The position numbers were made by a program, and so were the translations under genes. Of a DNA stretch of 64,000 bases, positions 41,204-51,442 are shown piece after piece (the first letter of the stretch is position 1; each line of letters opens with the position of its first letter). Under the pieces are notes generated by a model that saw nothing but the letters and a program-made list of their open reading frames with translations, made no database searches and was not told the origin of the DNA. Location: positions 18,008 through 82,007 of the forward strand of contig JAQIBN010000006.1 in assembly GCA_027859095.1 (NCBI GenBank), read 5' to 3'. The stretch comes from Spirochaetia bacterium. GTDB taxonomy: Bacteria; Spirochaetota; Spirochaetia; B11-G9.

Positions 41204-42189
41204 ATTAACCTCCTGCGCAACGCCAAACGATCCGTATTACGTTTAACCATGACATTAGCTATAACTGCAGCCATTATCGTGATTCCCTGGATTCCCATCT
41301 GCCAGAATGGCGAAACATTAATTAGAGGTAGAGCATTATTCAGAAGACCGAAGAGAATTGTTCCAAGAATCAACCCTGACAGTTTCCCCACACCTCCCGC
41401 AATACTGACGCCGCCAAGGATACATGTCGCAATTACCTGCAGTTCATAACCTGCTGCAGTATCACCTTGAGCAGAAGCGAACTTTGCAACCCAGAGAACC
41501 CCTGCCAGACCTGCCAGACCTCCCATAATAGCATATGCCAGAAAAACCAGGGTTCTTTTGGGCAAACCCGAAACCTCTGCAGCTTCTGGATTCGAACCGA
41601 CAGCGTAAATCTGCCTTCCTGTACGGGTATGGTTCACAAAATATCCGGCAATAACAAATACAAAGACAGCAGTAACGATTAGGCTGTTAATTCCAAAAAT
41701 CTTTCCAGTAGCAATTGCCTTAAATCCGGTGGACATTTGGTAGGAACTGACCCATTTACCGCCTGAAACGACATAAGTCATTCCCCGAACAATATTCATC
41801 ATCCCCAGAGTTGCAATAATGGGAAGCACATTAAAACGCGCCACCAGAATGCCGTTCAGCATGCCTATAATTGTACCGATAGCCATACCTTCGGCCAAAC
41901 ATAGAAGCGGAGGCATTTCAGGAAACCGTGCAACAGTCAAAGCTGAAACCATACCAGAGAAGGCGATTATCGCTCCTATTGACAAATCAATACCTCTGGT
42001 TATCAGTACCAGCATCATTCCCACAGCTAGAATTCCAAGAATGGACGTATTGGTCAGTAAAGAGGTGATATTTGAAAGAGAGAGAAATGCCGGATTTCTT
42101 AGCTGAATGAGCAAACCCAGTAGTATGATGAAAATCAGCAGACCAAGCTCCCTCAGATTCTCAGTGAATAGAATCTTACCTTTAACCAA
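41200..42189 (-). CDS. Rhamnose-type ABC permease (RhaP-like)
   Basis: IDLSIG, GRQIYAVGSNPEAA, GYELQVIATCILGGVS. Confidence 0.85.
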   Translation of the reverse strand: MVKGKILFTENLRELGLLIFIILLGLLIQLRNPAFLSLSNITSLLTNTSILGILAVGMMLVLITRGIDLSIGAIIAFSGMVSALTVARFPEMPPLLCLAEGMAIGTIIGMLNGILVARFNVLPIIATLGMMNIVRGMTYVVSGGKWVSSYQMSTGFKAIATGKIFGINSLIVTAVFVFVIAGYFVNHTRTGRQIYAVGSNPEAAEVSGLPKRTLVFLAYAIMGGLAGLAGVLWVAKFASAQGDTAAGYELQVIATCILGGVSIAGGVGKLSGLILGTILFGLLNNALPLINVSPFWQMGIQGITIMAAVIANVMVKRNTDRLALRRRLI

Positions 42190-42193
42190 ATAA

Positions 42194-43729
42194 CTATCCC
42201 TCTCTCGCTTCAGAAACAGCAGCATCTGTCCGCGGTGTTTTTACGACCATAGCAGCATTTAAAATTTCTTCCTGAGTGCATTTTGAAGTATCTAACAGAG
42301 CCGTAACATGCCCCTCTTTCATAACGACTATTCGGTCGCTCATACCCATCACTTCGGGCATCTCTGAGGATATCAGAATAATCCCGTATCCCTGTTCCAC
42401 CAAATCTCCTATAATCTCATAGATGGCTGTCTTTGCTTTGATATCCACACCCTTGGTGGGTTCATCCAGAATAATGACTTTCAAATTTCTTGTCAGAATT
42501 TTTGCTACAACTACCTTCTGCTGATTGCCACCGGACAGTGTCGAAGCGCGGGTGAATATATTCCCGGCCTTAACATTGAGCTTGTCTGCAAGCTGGCCGG
42601 AAGCAAGCCGTTCACCACCTTCATCCAACCAGTTATACCTGGAAAATGAAGAAAGCGAGGGCAGAGTTATATTCTTACCGATTTCCCAATCCAGAATAAG
42701 ACCCTGTTTTTGCCGATCTTCAGGCAGAAAACCAATTCCTGCATCCAGGGCCGTTACTGGGCTGTCTATAACAATCTCATGATCATCAAAGGTTATTATG
42801 CCCTCATCACTCGGGTTAATCCCGTAGATTGATTCACATACTTCAGTTCGGCCGGCTCCGACCAAACCTGTAAGAGCCAGGATTTCTCCCTTATGAAGGT
42901 CGAGCGAGACATTCCGGAAGTAGCCTATTCGGGTCAGGTTTTCAACACTCAGAACCTTTTCTCCAATAGGCACCTTACGCTTGGGAAACATCTGAATAAT
43001 TTCCCGGCCCACCATTGCTACAATGAGTTTATCCTGAGTGATCTCCTCCATGGGCCAGCAGCCAATGAAGCGGGAATCCCGGAAGACAGTGACTCTGTCT
43101 GCAAGCCGGAAAATATCCTCTATTCGATGAGAGATGAAGATTATTGAGACTCCATCATCCCGGAGACCTTCGGTTATACGATAAAGTTCTGAACTCTCAT
43201 GCTGTGTTAGAGCAGCCGTGGGCTCATCCATAATAATGATCTTTGCACGGGTTGAGAGTGCTTTTGCTATTTCGACAATCTGCTGTCTGGCAACAGACAG
43301 GTTACCCATTCTTTCATGTGAATCAAAATTAGCACCCAGCTGATCCAGTAATTCCTGAGCTTCCGAAAACATTTTGTTCCAGTCAATCCGTTTTGAATAT
43401 CTCTTAATTTTTTCATGCCCCATATAAATGTTTTCAGCGACAGTCAAATCCGGATAGCATGTAACATGCTGATAAATTGCGGCCAGGCCCATTTCCTGTG
43501 CTTCCATAGGATTAGCAAAGGAAACAAGATTACCATTTATGAACATCTCGCCTGTATCGTGACTGTGTACACCTGTAATTATTTTAATAAAAGTTGATTT
43601 ACCGGCTCCATTCTCGCCCATTAAGCCGTGAATCTCACCTGGCATCAAATCAAAGTGCACTTCGTCCAGAGCTTTGACTCCGGGAAAAGACTTTGATATA
43701 TGTTTCAATTCCAGAATTTTCTCAGCCAC
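42194..43729 (-). CDS. Sugar ABC ATP-binding protein (two-domain, RbsA-like)
   Basis: GENGAGKST, IMDEPT, PEDR, LSGGNQQK, LDEPTKGVD. Confidence 0.93.
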   Translation of the reverse strand: MAEKILELKHISKSFPGVKALDEVHFDLMPGEIHGLMGENGAGKSTFIKIITGVHSHDTGEMFINGNLVSFANPMEAQEMGLAAIYQHVTCYPDLTVAENIYMGHEKIKRYSKRIDWNKMFSEAQELLDQLGANFDSHERMGNLSVARQQIVEIAKALSTRAKIIIMDEPTAALTQHESSELYRITEGLRDDGVSIIFISHRIEDIFRLADRVTVFRDSRFIGCWPMEEITQDKLIVAMVGREIIQMFPKRKVPIGEKVLSVENLTRIGYFRNVSLDLHKGEILALTGLVGAGRTEVCESIYGINPSDEGIITFDDHEIVIDSPVTALDAGIGFLPEDRQKQGLILDWEIGKNITLPSLSSFSRYNWLDEGGERLASGQLADKLNVKAGNIFTRASTLSGGNQQKVVVAKILTRNLKVIILDEPTKGVDIKAKTAIYEIIGDLVEQGYGIILISSEMPEVMGMSDRIVVMKEGHVTALLDTSKCTQEEILNAAMVVKTPRTDAAVSEAREG

Positions 43730-43776
43730 AGAATCTACTCCTTATTTACTTCCTGTCATATATAACATCACAAATT

Positions 43777-44091
43777 TCATTCTAAATAAAACATCTCATC
43801 GAGAGTATTAACCACAGGTGAATCATCAGGATTAGTCTCCATTAGATCTGCCATAAAAGTCCACCATTCCTTGACAATATCTTTCTCCGCAAGCCGGTCA
43901 GCAGAATGGCCTTCAATCACTTTCTGACTTGCAAAAAGTGTATTTGTCCGCTTATCCAGAAAAATTATATAGTCATATATCCCGGCAGAGCTTAATTTAG
44001 CTGCAAGTTTTGGCCAGATCTCATCATGCCGACGTTTATATTCCGCTGACTTTCCCGGTTTCAACTGCATAGCAAATCCTATTCGTTTCAT
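43777..44091 (-). CDS. rhaM: L-rhamnose mutarotase
   Basis: EYKRRHDEIWP, GIYDYIIF, WWTFMAD, EMFYL. Confidence 0.92.
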   Translation of the reverse strand: MKRIGFAMQLKPGKSAEYKRRHDEIWPKLAAKLSSAGIYDYIIFLDKRTNTLFASQKVIEGHSADRLAEKDIVKEWWTFMADLMETNPDDSPVVNTLDEMFYLE

Positions 44092-44170
44092 ACGCACCCT
44101 TCTCAATTAAAAATCTTTAAAACTTGTGAAAGTTGACATAGCCGTTTGTAGTCTCTTATTAATTTTCATA

Positions 44171-45601
44171 TCAGCACACCCGTGTTACAGGGAGCCCAAG
44201 AAGTGCCCCCAATTTATCTAAGCTTGATCCAATATGACCTGTACCTATTGCACAATGATGAGACGGTCCTTTGCGTGACCAGACATCGATAAATTCGCGT
44301 GCCGGAAGAGGAAATTTATACCGACTATTGGTATTCCCTATATGAAGGACTGGGCCGGAGACACATTGTCCCTCTGCAACAAGCAAAAATACACCATTTA
44401 TGCCCTCACAAACAGATAAAAAAGTTACCGGGCCATTCTTGACACTCATCTGTATAGAAAGACCTTTTCCGGGTTTTCCATGATAAACAGGGAGAGGAAC
44501 AAGATCGACAGCTCCCTCAGCAATACTTATATGAGCAGGTCCGTCATGACCAAATATAATAATGTCATCATTAAAATCCATGGCATAAAACTCAGAAAAA
44601 GATCCTCCAATACCGAAACTATCCAAAATTTTCATAGCCTGGGCATTCTTGATTTCACATTCTCCAGCTACTGGTATATGTCTTCCGATCAGCATAGTAC
44701 TTCCAGCAATTATTGAAGTTACAATATTTTCGTGCTCTGAACCTTCAGTTCCCTCATAATAATATGCAAGGGATCCAAGATGATGATTTGCAACCAGTTT
44801 GTCCAGAGCCACTGATGTGCGAGCAGCACGATCCAGCTCAAATGCATCACAATCAGTTAAAACATTAAATGTTAATTTAAATGCAGCACGTTTTTCATAT
44901 ATCTCATCTTCTGTGACTTTCCTGCGTAGTTCAGCCAGTTCATCTATCTCAATAAAATCGATGTGACCGCCAAATGAAGCTATTTGCTGGGTGATATCAG
45001 TATAAACATCAAGCATACCTGCATAATAATGTCCTATAACTCCAAGTCTGTTGTTCTGCATGATTTTTACTACTTTTGCAGCATTGATCCACTCTTCTAA
45101 AAGAGCATTAGTTTGAGGTTCTCCAAGATAGCCGGTAATTAAATGGAAATTGATACCAGCACGATTGAAGACATTGGCAATTTCCGGTACTGAACAAGCT
45201 TGACAATATGCAAGCCATTCCCCAGTCATAACACCCCGATCGGTTATTTTGTTAAAAGAATCATAATCGATAAAGGCGGTAGGTTGAATGTTCAACACTA
45301 TAATAGGAACTCCGGTTACCTGAACAATTGGCAGGACTGTAGAAGAAAGAGCATAGGTAGAGATATACAAAAATATGAAATCAACTTGTTGTTGACGAAA
45401 AAGAGCTCCTACTGCTTTTGCTCTTTCAGGATTATCTACCAGGCCTGCATCTATCAACTCAATATCACCAAAAGAAAGCATCTTTTGCGAAATCTGCTGC
45501 TGATACCCCTCCAGTCGCTCCTTAAGACCTTTAAACTGAGGCCAATAGGTATCTAAACCAATACCGAATATACCGATAATTATTTTTTCATGCCCATCCA
45601 T
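44171..45601 (-). CDS. L-fucose/L-arabinose isomerase family protein of unknown substrate
   Basis: GLDTYWPQF, GECE, SFSEFY, GHDGP, NTNSR, GPSHHCAIG. Confidence 0.85.
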   Translation of the reverse strand: MDGHEKIIIGIFGIGLDTYWPQFKGLKERLEGYQQQISQKMLSFGDIELIDAGLVDNPERAKAVGALFRQQQVDFIFLYISTYALSSTVLPIVQVTGVPIIVLNIQPTAFIDYDSFNKITDRGVMTGEWLAYCQACSVPEIANVFNRAGINFHLITGYLGEPQTNALLEEWINAAKVVKIMQNNRLGVIGHYYAGMLDVYTDITQQIASFGGHIDFIEIDELAELRRKVTEDEIYEKRAAFKLTFNVLTDCDAFELDRAARTSVALDKLVANHHLGSLAYYYEGTEGSEHENIVTSIIAGSTMLIGRHIPVAGECEIKNAQAMKILDSFGIGGSFSEFYAMDFNDDIIIFGHDGPAHISIAEGAVDLVPLPVYHGKPGKGLSIQMSVKNGPVTFLSVCEGINGVFLLVAEGQCVSGPVLHIGNTNSRYKFPLPAREFIDVWSRKGPSHHCAIGTGHIGSSLDKLGALLGLPVTRVC

Positions 45602-45691
45602 TATTGCATCCTCTCCATTTATTATCATGCTATACCATCAAATGGTTCAATGGAATGGACATTTATTTTTTTTTGATATACATTTTTTCTC

Positions 45692-46618
45692 ATGGCTACT
45701 CACGGAAGCACCTTCTCAAGATACCTTCCTGTTAACTCTGAAGCTCTCCTTTGGGAAATTTATTGCAATGATGCCGGATATAACCAGGTACCTGCAGGAA
45801 CCAGTTATCCTAATGAACCTGAACAACATCCAAAAAATTATGCAAAAAACGTAGTAACTGGTAGAGTTTTACGAGAATATCAGGTTGTCTATATAACAAC
45901 CGGTAGGGGCTGGTTTAGTAGTGATTTATCTGGCCGGCATGAGATTAAAACTGGCGATATATTCATGCTTTTCCCTGGTGTAAAGCACGCATATTCTCCT
46001 TTACCTGATACAGGATGGCAGGAATACTGGGTAGGGTTCTCCGGGATACACGCAGATAGACTTTTTAAAAACGGACTTTTCAATCCACAGAAACCCGTTC
46101 ACCATATTGGGCTCAACCAGGAAATCATGGTGGATTTTGAACAAATTATACGATTTTGCCGCCAACAGCCCCCAGGCTTTCAGGTTCGTTTGGGTGCTAT
46201 AATCCTTCAGCTCCTTGCCCATATCTATACTTCAAAATTGAATTTACAGACAGCTCAGGGAGATAGTGAGCTTGTACAGATGGCTCGCTCGGTCATGCAG
46301 CTATATGTGGACGAAGGTATAGAAGTGAACCAAATTGCTGATAAGCTAGGTGTAGGATACAAACATTTACTTGAAATATTCCAGCAGTTTACAGGACTTA
46401 CACCATACCAGTACTTTCTGCAGCTCCGTATACATAGAGCCAAGGAACTACTGGAAAACAACTCTATGTCTATAAAGGAAGTTTCCGGCCGAATGAACTT
46501 TGAGAACCAATACTATTTTTCACGTATTTTTAAGAATAAAACTGGATGCTCTCCTTCACAGTGGATTGCTTTGACCTGTAATAATCTCAAAAATGGAGAA
46601 AGGTTCAAAAGGAATTAA
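45692..46618 (+). CDS. AraC family transcriptional regulator
   Basis: Cupin (LFPGVKHAY..WQEYW) plus FENQYYFSRIFK; divergent from the isomerase operon. Confidence 0.92.
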   Translation: MATHGSTFSRYLPVNSEALLWEIYCNDAGYNQVPAGTSYPNEPEQHPKNYAKNVVTGRVLREYQVVYITTGRGWFSSDLSGRHEIKTGDIFMLFPGVKHAYSPLPDTGWQEYWVGFSGIHADRLFKNGLFNPQKPVHHIGLNQEIMVDFEQIIRFCRQQPPGFQVRLGAIILQLLAHIYTSKLNLQTAQGDSELVQMARSVMQLYVDEGIEVNQIADKLGVGYKHLLEIFQQFTGLTPYQYFLQLRIHRAKELLENNSMSIKEVSGRMNFENQYYFSRIFKNKTGCSPSQWIALTCNNLKNGERFKRN

Positions 46619-46847
46619 TGCGCAAATCGCCATGCAATCGTAAAAATGACCACATAGTAAAAGCCTCTCAGAGCAATCCCCTTTTTATTGCTTGATACAT
46701 TCCATATGAATAGTGAAGAAGACTCGATAGAACAGGCTATTTTTACAGCCAGTCCTTATCTCTAAGCCCTTCACAAAGGAGAAACTAACAGAAAACCGCC
46801 GGGGTGCGGTCGTATGCCTGCCAAACATATATAAATATCCCCCGTTC

Positions 46848-47833
46848 ATTCCCTTTGCAGCAACATAATCGGGACATGAGATAAATGCATCTGCTGTTTC
46901 CTTTAAAATATTCCAGGCTATAGGACTTGGTTCGCCACATGACAGTCCGGCCATAATTGTATTTAAAGATCCAATTACATTATGCGGTTCCTCATCATCA
47001 TACTTCATAGATTCAAAAAGGCATGCCGCTTTTTCCGGTTCAACCAGAATACATTTTGGGGCATCCCTGCCAAAAACACTATGATAAAATCCAGCAACGG
47101 AGGCAGCGGGGGCTCCAACTCCTGCCTGAACAAAAATATGGGTGGGTTTTATCATACCCTGTGCACTGAATTGTTCCTGGGCTTTGAGAAACATTGTTGT
47201 ATAACCCTGCATAATCCATGAGGGAATAGTTGAATAACCATCCCAGGATGTATCAGAGATAACATTCCAGCCATTTTTCTTTGAGTCTATAACTACTTGA
47301 CGAACTGCATTATCATAATTCCCTTCTATAATTTTTACCGTAGCGCCATAATCTCGGATAGCCTGGATTCTTGCTTTGGAAGTTTCTGAATGGACATAGA
47401 TAACACACTTATGACCAAGTTTTCCTGCGGCTCATGCAATACCTCTACCATGATTACCGTCTGTAGCTGAAGCAAAGGTAATTTCACCTAATTTTTCCTT
47501 TGCTTCGTTCGAAACAAGGTAATCAAAAGTGATGGGCTGACCTTCAATTCCAAGCTTTTTTTGAAAAAATTTATACAGAGCAAAAGATCCACCCAGAACT
47601 TTGAATGAATTCAGCTCCAGACGTTCTGCTTCATCGTTAATCCATATTCCACCAACACCAAACATTCGCGCCAGATTATTAAGATTTTTTAAAGGTGATA
47701 TCTTGAATCCCGGAATTTGTATATGGAATTTTCTGGCTTCATGGGCAACTTCAAGAGGAAATTATTTTTTTCTTAAAGCATCATATTTATTATTATTCAA
47801 GATCCATCTCATGTCAGATTTTATAATATTCAT
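46848..47833 (-). pseudogene. dpaL: Diaminopropionate ammonia-lyase pseudogene
   Basis: LNSFKVLGG, TDGNHGRG, SDTSWDGY, THIFVQAGVG, IMAGLSCGEP; in-frame TAA (~47763) and TGA (~47433); homology lost after YVAAKGM. Confidence 0.85.
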
Positions 47834-47895
47834 AAATACTCCCCTAAAAAAGCCTTGTATAATATATAGCCATTATCTCCTTTCCATGTCCAGTT

Positions 47896-48795
47896 TTATC
47901 GATATCTGATACCAAGAAAAACCGGGCTATTTCGTTTAAAAAATGACCAGGCGCCACCATCCGGGTGATTAAGAATAGTTATTTCTCCTTCTGGGTATCT
48001 CTTCAATCCAAGGATTGAAGAACCGCCACCGTCAAGATTTATCGCATTTTCTGCTCCAAGAGCTCTCATCCATTCAGCTGCTTCGTAAAATGTTGCCCCC
48101 GATCCGGTTTGGGTATTTTCACCATCTATCGCAGCAAGAATAAGAATAGTGCCGTTTTCAGAAGTTCCAAGAAGACTTCTCGCAGCCCTGGGGCGTTCTA
48201 CTGCCACATTTCTCCTATTCTCCAGGATAATGAAAAACCCGCCTGCTCCATCATTCATCTGATCATGTTCAATAAAGGGAGGATGCTTAAGTATTACCCT
48301 TTTATTGTTAGTAATAAAAAAAGCATCATATCTGTCATTCATGGAATAAAGAACTCCCTCCGAAAGAACGATCCCCTCTGCAGTCTGCCGGGTTCCAGGA
48401 AACAGACGGTAGGGTTTGAATGGAGTTGTATTTATTGCTGCAATTAGATCCTCTTTTTTCATGAACTGTTCTAATGTTCCTGTACTAAAATTGTTTTTTC
48501 CGGGATTTTCGCCCGTCATAGGAGAGATCCCCCTGGATATAACAATTTCCCTTTCATTCACAGAAAGATCTATTTTAACACCGCTTATGTAAAAAGGAGG
48601 ATTTGAACTGCTGAAGGAGAAGCTTTCAACTCCCTTATACACAGTCTCCCATGAAGGAGAGAAATCCAAGGGAGGAAGGATGATATCAACGGTGTCAGTC
48701 CGTGCATTACCCGTAAAGGTACTACAGCAGGAGAGAAAAATTCCAAGACCGAATAGCAGGAGAAACCATACTATTCTTACATTTTTTGAGTTCAT
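47896..48795 (-). CDS. Phosphodiester glycosidase (NAGPA-like) family putative lipoprotein
   Basis: AAINT.PF, RAARSLLG, IDG, AINLDGGGSS; Cys after hydrophobic leader. Confidence 0.85.
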   Translation of the reverse strand: MNSKNVRIVWFLLLFGLGIFLSCCSTFTGNARTDTVDIILPPLDFSPSWETVYKGVESFSFSSSNPPFYISGVKIDLSVNEREIVISRGISPMTGENPGKNNFSTGTLEQFMKKEDLIAAINTTPFKPYRLFPGTRQTAEGIVLSEGVLYSMNDRYDAFFITNNKRVILKHPPFIEHDQMNDGAGGFFIILENRRNVAVERPRAARSLLGTSENGTILILAAIDGENTQTGSGATFYEAAEWMRALGAENAINLDGGGSSILGLKRYPEGEITILNHPDGGAWSFFKRNSPVFLGIRYR

Positions 48796-48931
48796 TATAT
48801 GAATATACAGTGTTGAAGGAAAATCTCAAAGCATAATTATTAAGAATAAGAACTGCCAAACTAATAAATCATATTGTAATAAATTGTTATATATGTCTTG
48901 CAGTACTGAAAGATTGAATCTGAGTAAAATA

Positions 48932-48970
48932 AAAGTACAGGACATTTGTAGTCATCATATCCTGTACTTT
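48932..48970 (-). terminator. Terminator after wrbA
   Basis: IR AAAGTACAGGA/TCCTGTACTTT. Confidence 0.65.
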
Positions 48971-48989
48971 ACTTACTAAATCTTAACTA

Positions 48990-49595
48990 TCAGGATAATT
49001 TTTCTGCAATCTTACCTACCCTGACAGCCAGGACAGCCGCAAGACTAAGTTCAGTTTCGCTCGGCATTCTGGAACCGTCTCCAGCAGCGATAGTTGTTGC
49101 ACCATATACACTGCCTCCTTCCATGGAGCTGCTGTTAAACAAAGCCTGTTCTGACTGGGGAATACCAACAAAAATCATACCATGATGAATAAACGGAACC
49201 ATACCTGTAATTAAAGTCGATTCCTGACCACTATGCTGGGTTGCTGATCCAGTAATAAGACCAAATGGTTTCCCTATTAAAGCACCGGTTTGCCAGAGTT
49301 GACCAGTTGCACCAATAAAGTTACTGAACGGTCCGGCCATATTCCCGAATCTGGTAGGAAAGGCAAAAATAAAACCGTCATAATCAGTCAGGTTTTCCAC
49401 TTCAGCTTTTTTAACATCTGCAAATGACTTCTGTGCTTCAAGAGCACCCATTTTTTCAAGTACTTCTTCCGGGAGGGTTTCTTCCACCCGCAAGAGTTCT
49501 GCCTCGATGCCGTTTTTCTTAAGGCCGTTTAATGCAGCCTGTGCCATTCCGAAGAGATGACCGTATGTTGAATAAAATATTACACCAATCTTCAT
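48990..49595 (-). CDS. wrbA: NAD(P)H:quinone oxidoreductase type IV
   Basis: FYSTYGH, PTRFGNM, TQHSGQEST, YGATTIAAGDGSR. Confidence 0.93.
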   Translation of the reverse strand: MKIGVIFYSTYGHLFGMAQAALNGLKKNGIEAELLRVEETLPEEVLEKMGALEAQKSFADVKKAEVENLTDYDGFIFAFPTRFGNMAGPFSNFIGATGQLWQTGALIGKPFGLITGSATQHSGQESTLITGMVPFIHHGMIFVGIPQSEQALFNSSSMEGGSVYGATTIAAGDGSRMPSETELSLAAVLAVRVGKIAEKLS

Positions 49596-49604
49596 TTAAT
49601 ACTC

Positions 49605-50036
49605 CTATAGTCCCGTTCCCAGTTTTTTACAGAGAACCCCAAGGGTTTTCTGCTCTTCAGGAGAGAGAACTTTTAAACAATTATAGATTCCCCGGGCATG
49701 CCGGGGGAAAACATCTTCGATCAGATCTTTTCCCTCAGTTGTCAGAGATATAAAAACTTTTCTGCGATCGAAAGAACATGGCTGGCGTTCAACAAATCCC
49801 TTTTTAACGAGATTATCTATTACCATTGTCAGATTACCCTTGGTCTTTAGAATCTTTGATGAAAGTTCATTTGACGTAAGGTTACCTTTATGAAGCAGAG
49901 CTTCAAGGACACCAAACTGACTGGCTGTGAGTTTGCCGTCTAAAACATCCAGGGAAGCCAGGGCAGAAATTAAACTGGCCTCAGCCCTAATGAATTTTGT
50001 AAATAAATTTAACGATCTTTTTATTTCTTTATTCAT
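49605..50036 (-). CDS. MarR family regulator (MhqR-like)
   Basis: SQFGVLEALLHKG, GNLTMVIDNL, DRR, FPRH. Confidence 0.9.
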   Translation of the reverse strand: MNKEIKRSLNLFTKFIRAEASLISALASLDVLDGKLTASQFGVLEALLHKGNLTSNELSSKILKTKGNLTMVIDNLVKKGFVERQPCSFDRRKVFISLTTEGKDLIEDVFPRHARGIYNCLKVLSPEEQKTLGVLCKKLGTGL

Positions 50037-50152
50037 AGTTAAACATTAAACTATTTAACATTGAACCAATAGTCAAGTGATTTTTACTTATATTTTAAAA
50101 ATAGAGGATAAATTTATGATTAACTTCTACATTGCAAATATTAGTTAAATCT

Positions 50153-51442
50153 TCAATCAATAAATCGTAAAATAACTGAAAACCCATGAGGTTCCAGATT
50201 TATGACAGAAAAAGCTGCTCCATGAGCCTCTGCAACTGCCTTCACTATACTAAGGCCAAGGCCAAAACCACCCCCGGTTCTCCTTCCGGTTCTTGAAGAA
50301 TCCCCAAGAAGAAATGGTTCACCTATTCGGCTGACAAGGTTCTCGTCCAATCCAGGTCCCGTGTCTGATACCTCAAGGATAAATCCATTATTACCTCTGG
50401 TATCCAGACTGACAAGGATGGAAGAACCTGGAGCATGTCTCATAGAATTTTCAATAAGATTTCTTAGTGCAAGATCCATCCGGTCGCGATCGAGAAGAAC
50501 TGTCAAATCCGAACCTTCAAAATTATATGTCAAGGGAATGTCTTTTTCCTGATAGTTCCTGCAGACAGAAAGGACCCAATCCTGAAGAGAAATATCTTCC
50601 CTGTTCAGGATATTCGGCTGAGTGGTGAGCCTCCTCTGTTCAAGAAGATTCCCTGTTAGTCGATCCAGAGTATCAATCTCCTCATTCATGGATTCCCGAA
50701 TACGTTTGTTTTCAATAAATTCAAGGGATACCTTCATTCTGGTAAGGGGAGAGCGAAGCTCATGACTTACAGCCACAAGAAGATCGTACATGGAATGGAT
50801 ATACTTTTCTATTCTATCGGCCATGCCATCCATTGCCCTTCCAAGAGTGGCAAGCTCATCCACCCCTTTTGGATTAACCCGTTTATTCCAGTCCGACACT
50901 CCAAATTCAAGAGCTGTTTGGTTCATGACCTTAAGAGGTTTAAGAAAACGTCTGACCATCATGTAACTGATAGAAAGGGCTGTTAATATCGAAACTGCCA
51001 GTATCAGCCAAATAAGAATTGACATCCGGTAATCAGCATGAAAATCTGTGAAGGCATAATCAAAACCACCCATTTGTATTGTTATTGGAAAGTCTTTTTC
51101 CCATGGGAATAAATGCAAACCCTCACCATCGTCACTCAAAGGCAAAAAGTCCTGCTCCAGGAGATCTTCATCGCTGTCCCATTGCATAATAGCGTTCGAT
51201 ATCTTTATTTCGAGCCCGGTTTTATCTGCAATATTTCGTGCAACATTAATATCAGGGGGAATACCTATTTCTGCGGCAAGGGTGTAAGCTAAGTACTGTA
51301 GATTCTGTACAGAAATTTCCGTATTGGGTGATGAGGAGGAAAGAATCTGTACCAGAACAACCCCCATACTTATAATGAGGAAGGCAACTACATAGGCGGC
51401 CAATAGTTTGATAAAAATTGATTTTACATGATGTACTTTCAT
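50153..51442 (-). CDS. HAMP sensor histidine kinase
   Basis: Two TMs, HAMP, SHELRSPL, NLIEN, DTGPG, GFGLGL. Confidence 0.93.
   Translation of the reverse strand: MKVHHVKSIFIKLLAAYVVAFLIISMGVVLVQILSSSSPNTEISVQNLQYLAYTLAAEIGIPPDINVARNIADKTGLEIKISNAIMQWDSDEDLLEQDFLPLSDDGEGLHLFPWEKDFPITIQMGGFDYAFTDFHADYRMSILIWLILAVSILTALSISYMMVRRFLKPLKVMNQTALEFGVSDWNKRVNPKGVDELATLGRAMDGMADRIEKYIHSMYDLLVAVSHELRSPLTRMKVSLEFIENKRIRESMNEEIDTLDRLTGNLLEQRRLTTQPNILNREDISLQDWVLSVCRNYQEKDIPLTYNFEGSDLTVLLDRDRMDLALRNLIENSMRHAPGSSILVSLDTRGNNGFILEVSDTGPGLDENLVSRIGEPFLLGDSSRTGRRTGGGFGLGLSIVKAVAEAHGAAFSVINLEPHGFSVILRFID

Noticed and set aside
47432..47434. TGA at a Trp position in dpaL, suggesting genetic code 4 or selenocysteine
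   Set aside because: The same gene has an in-frame TAA and a truncation; many intact genes here end in TGA and use TGG for Trp
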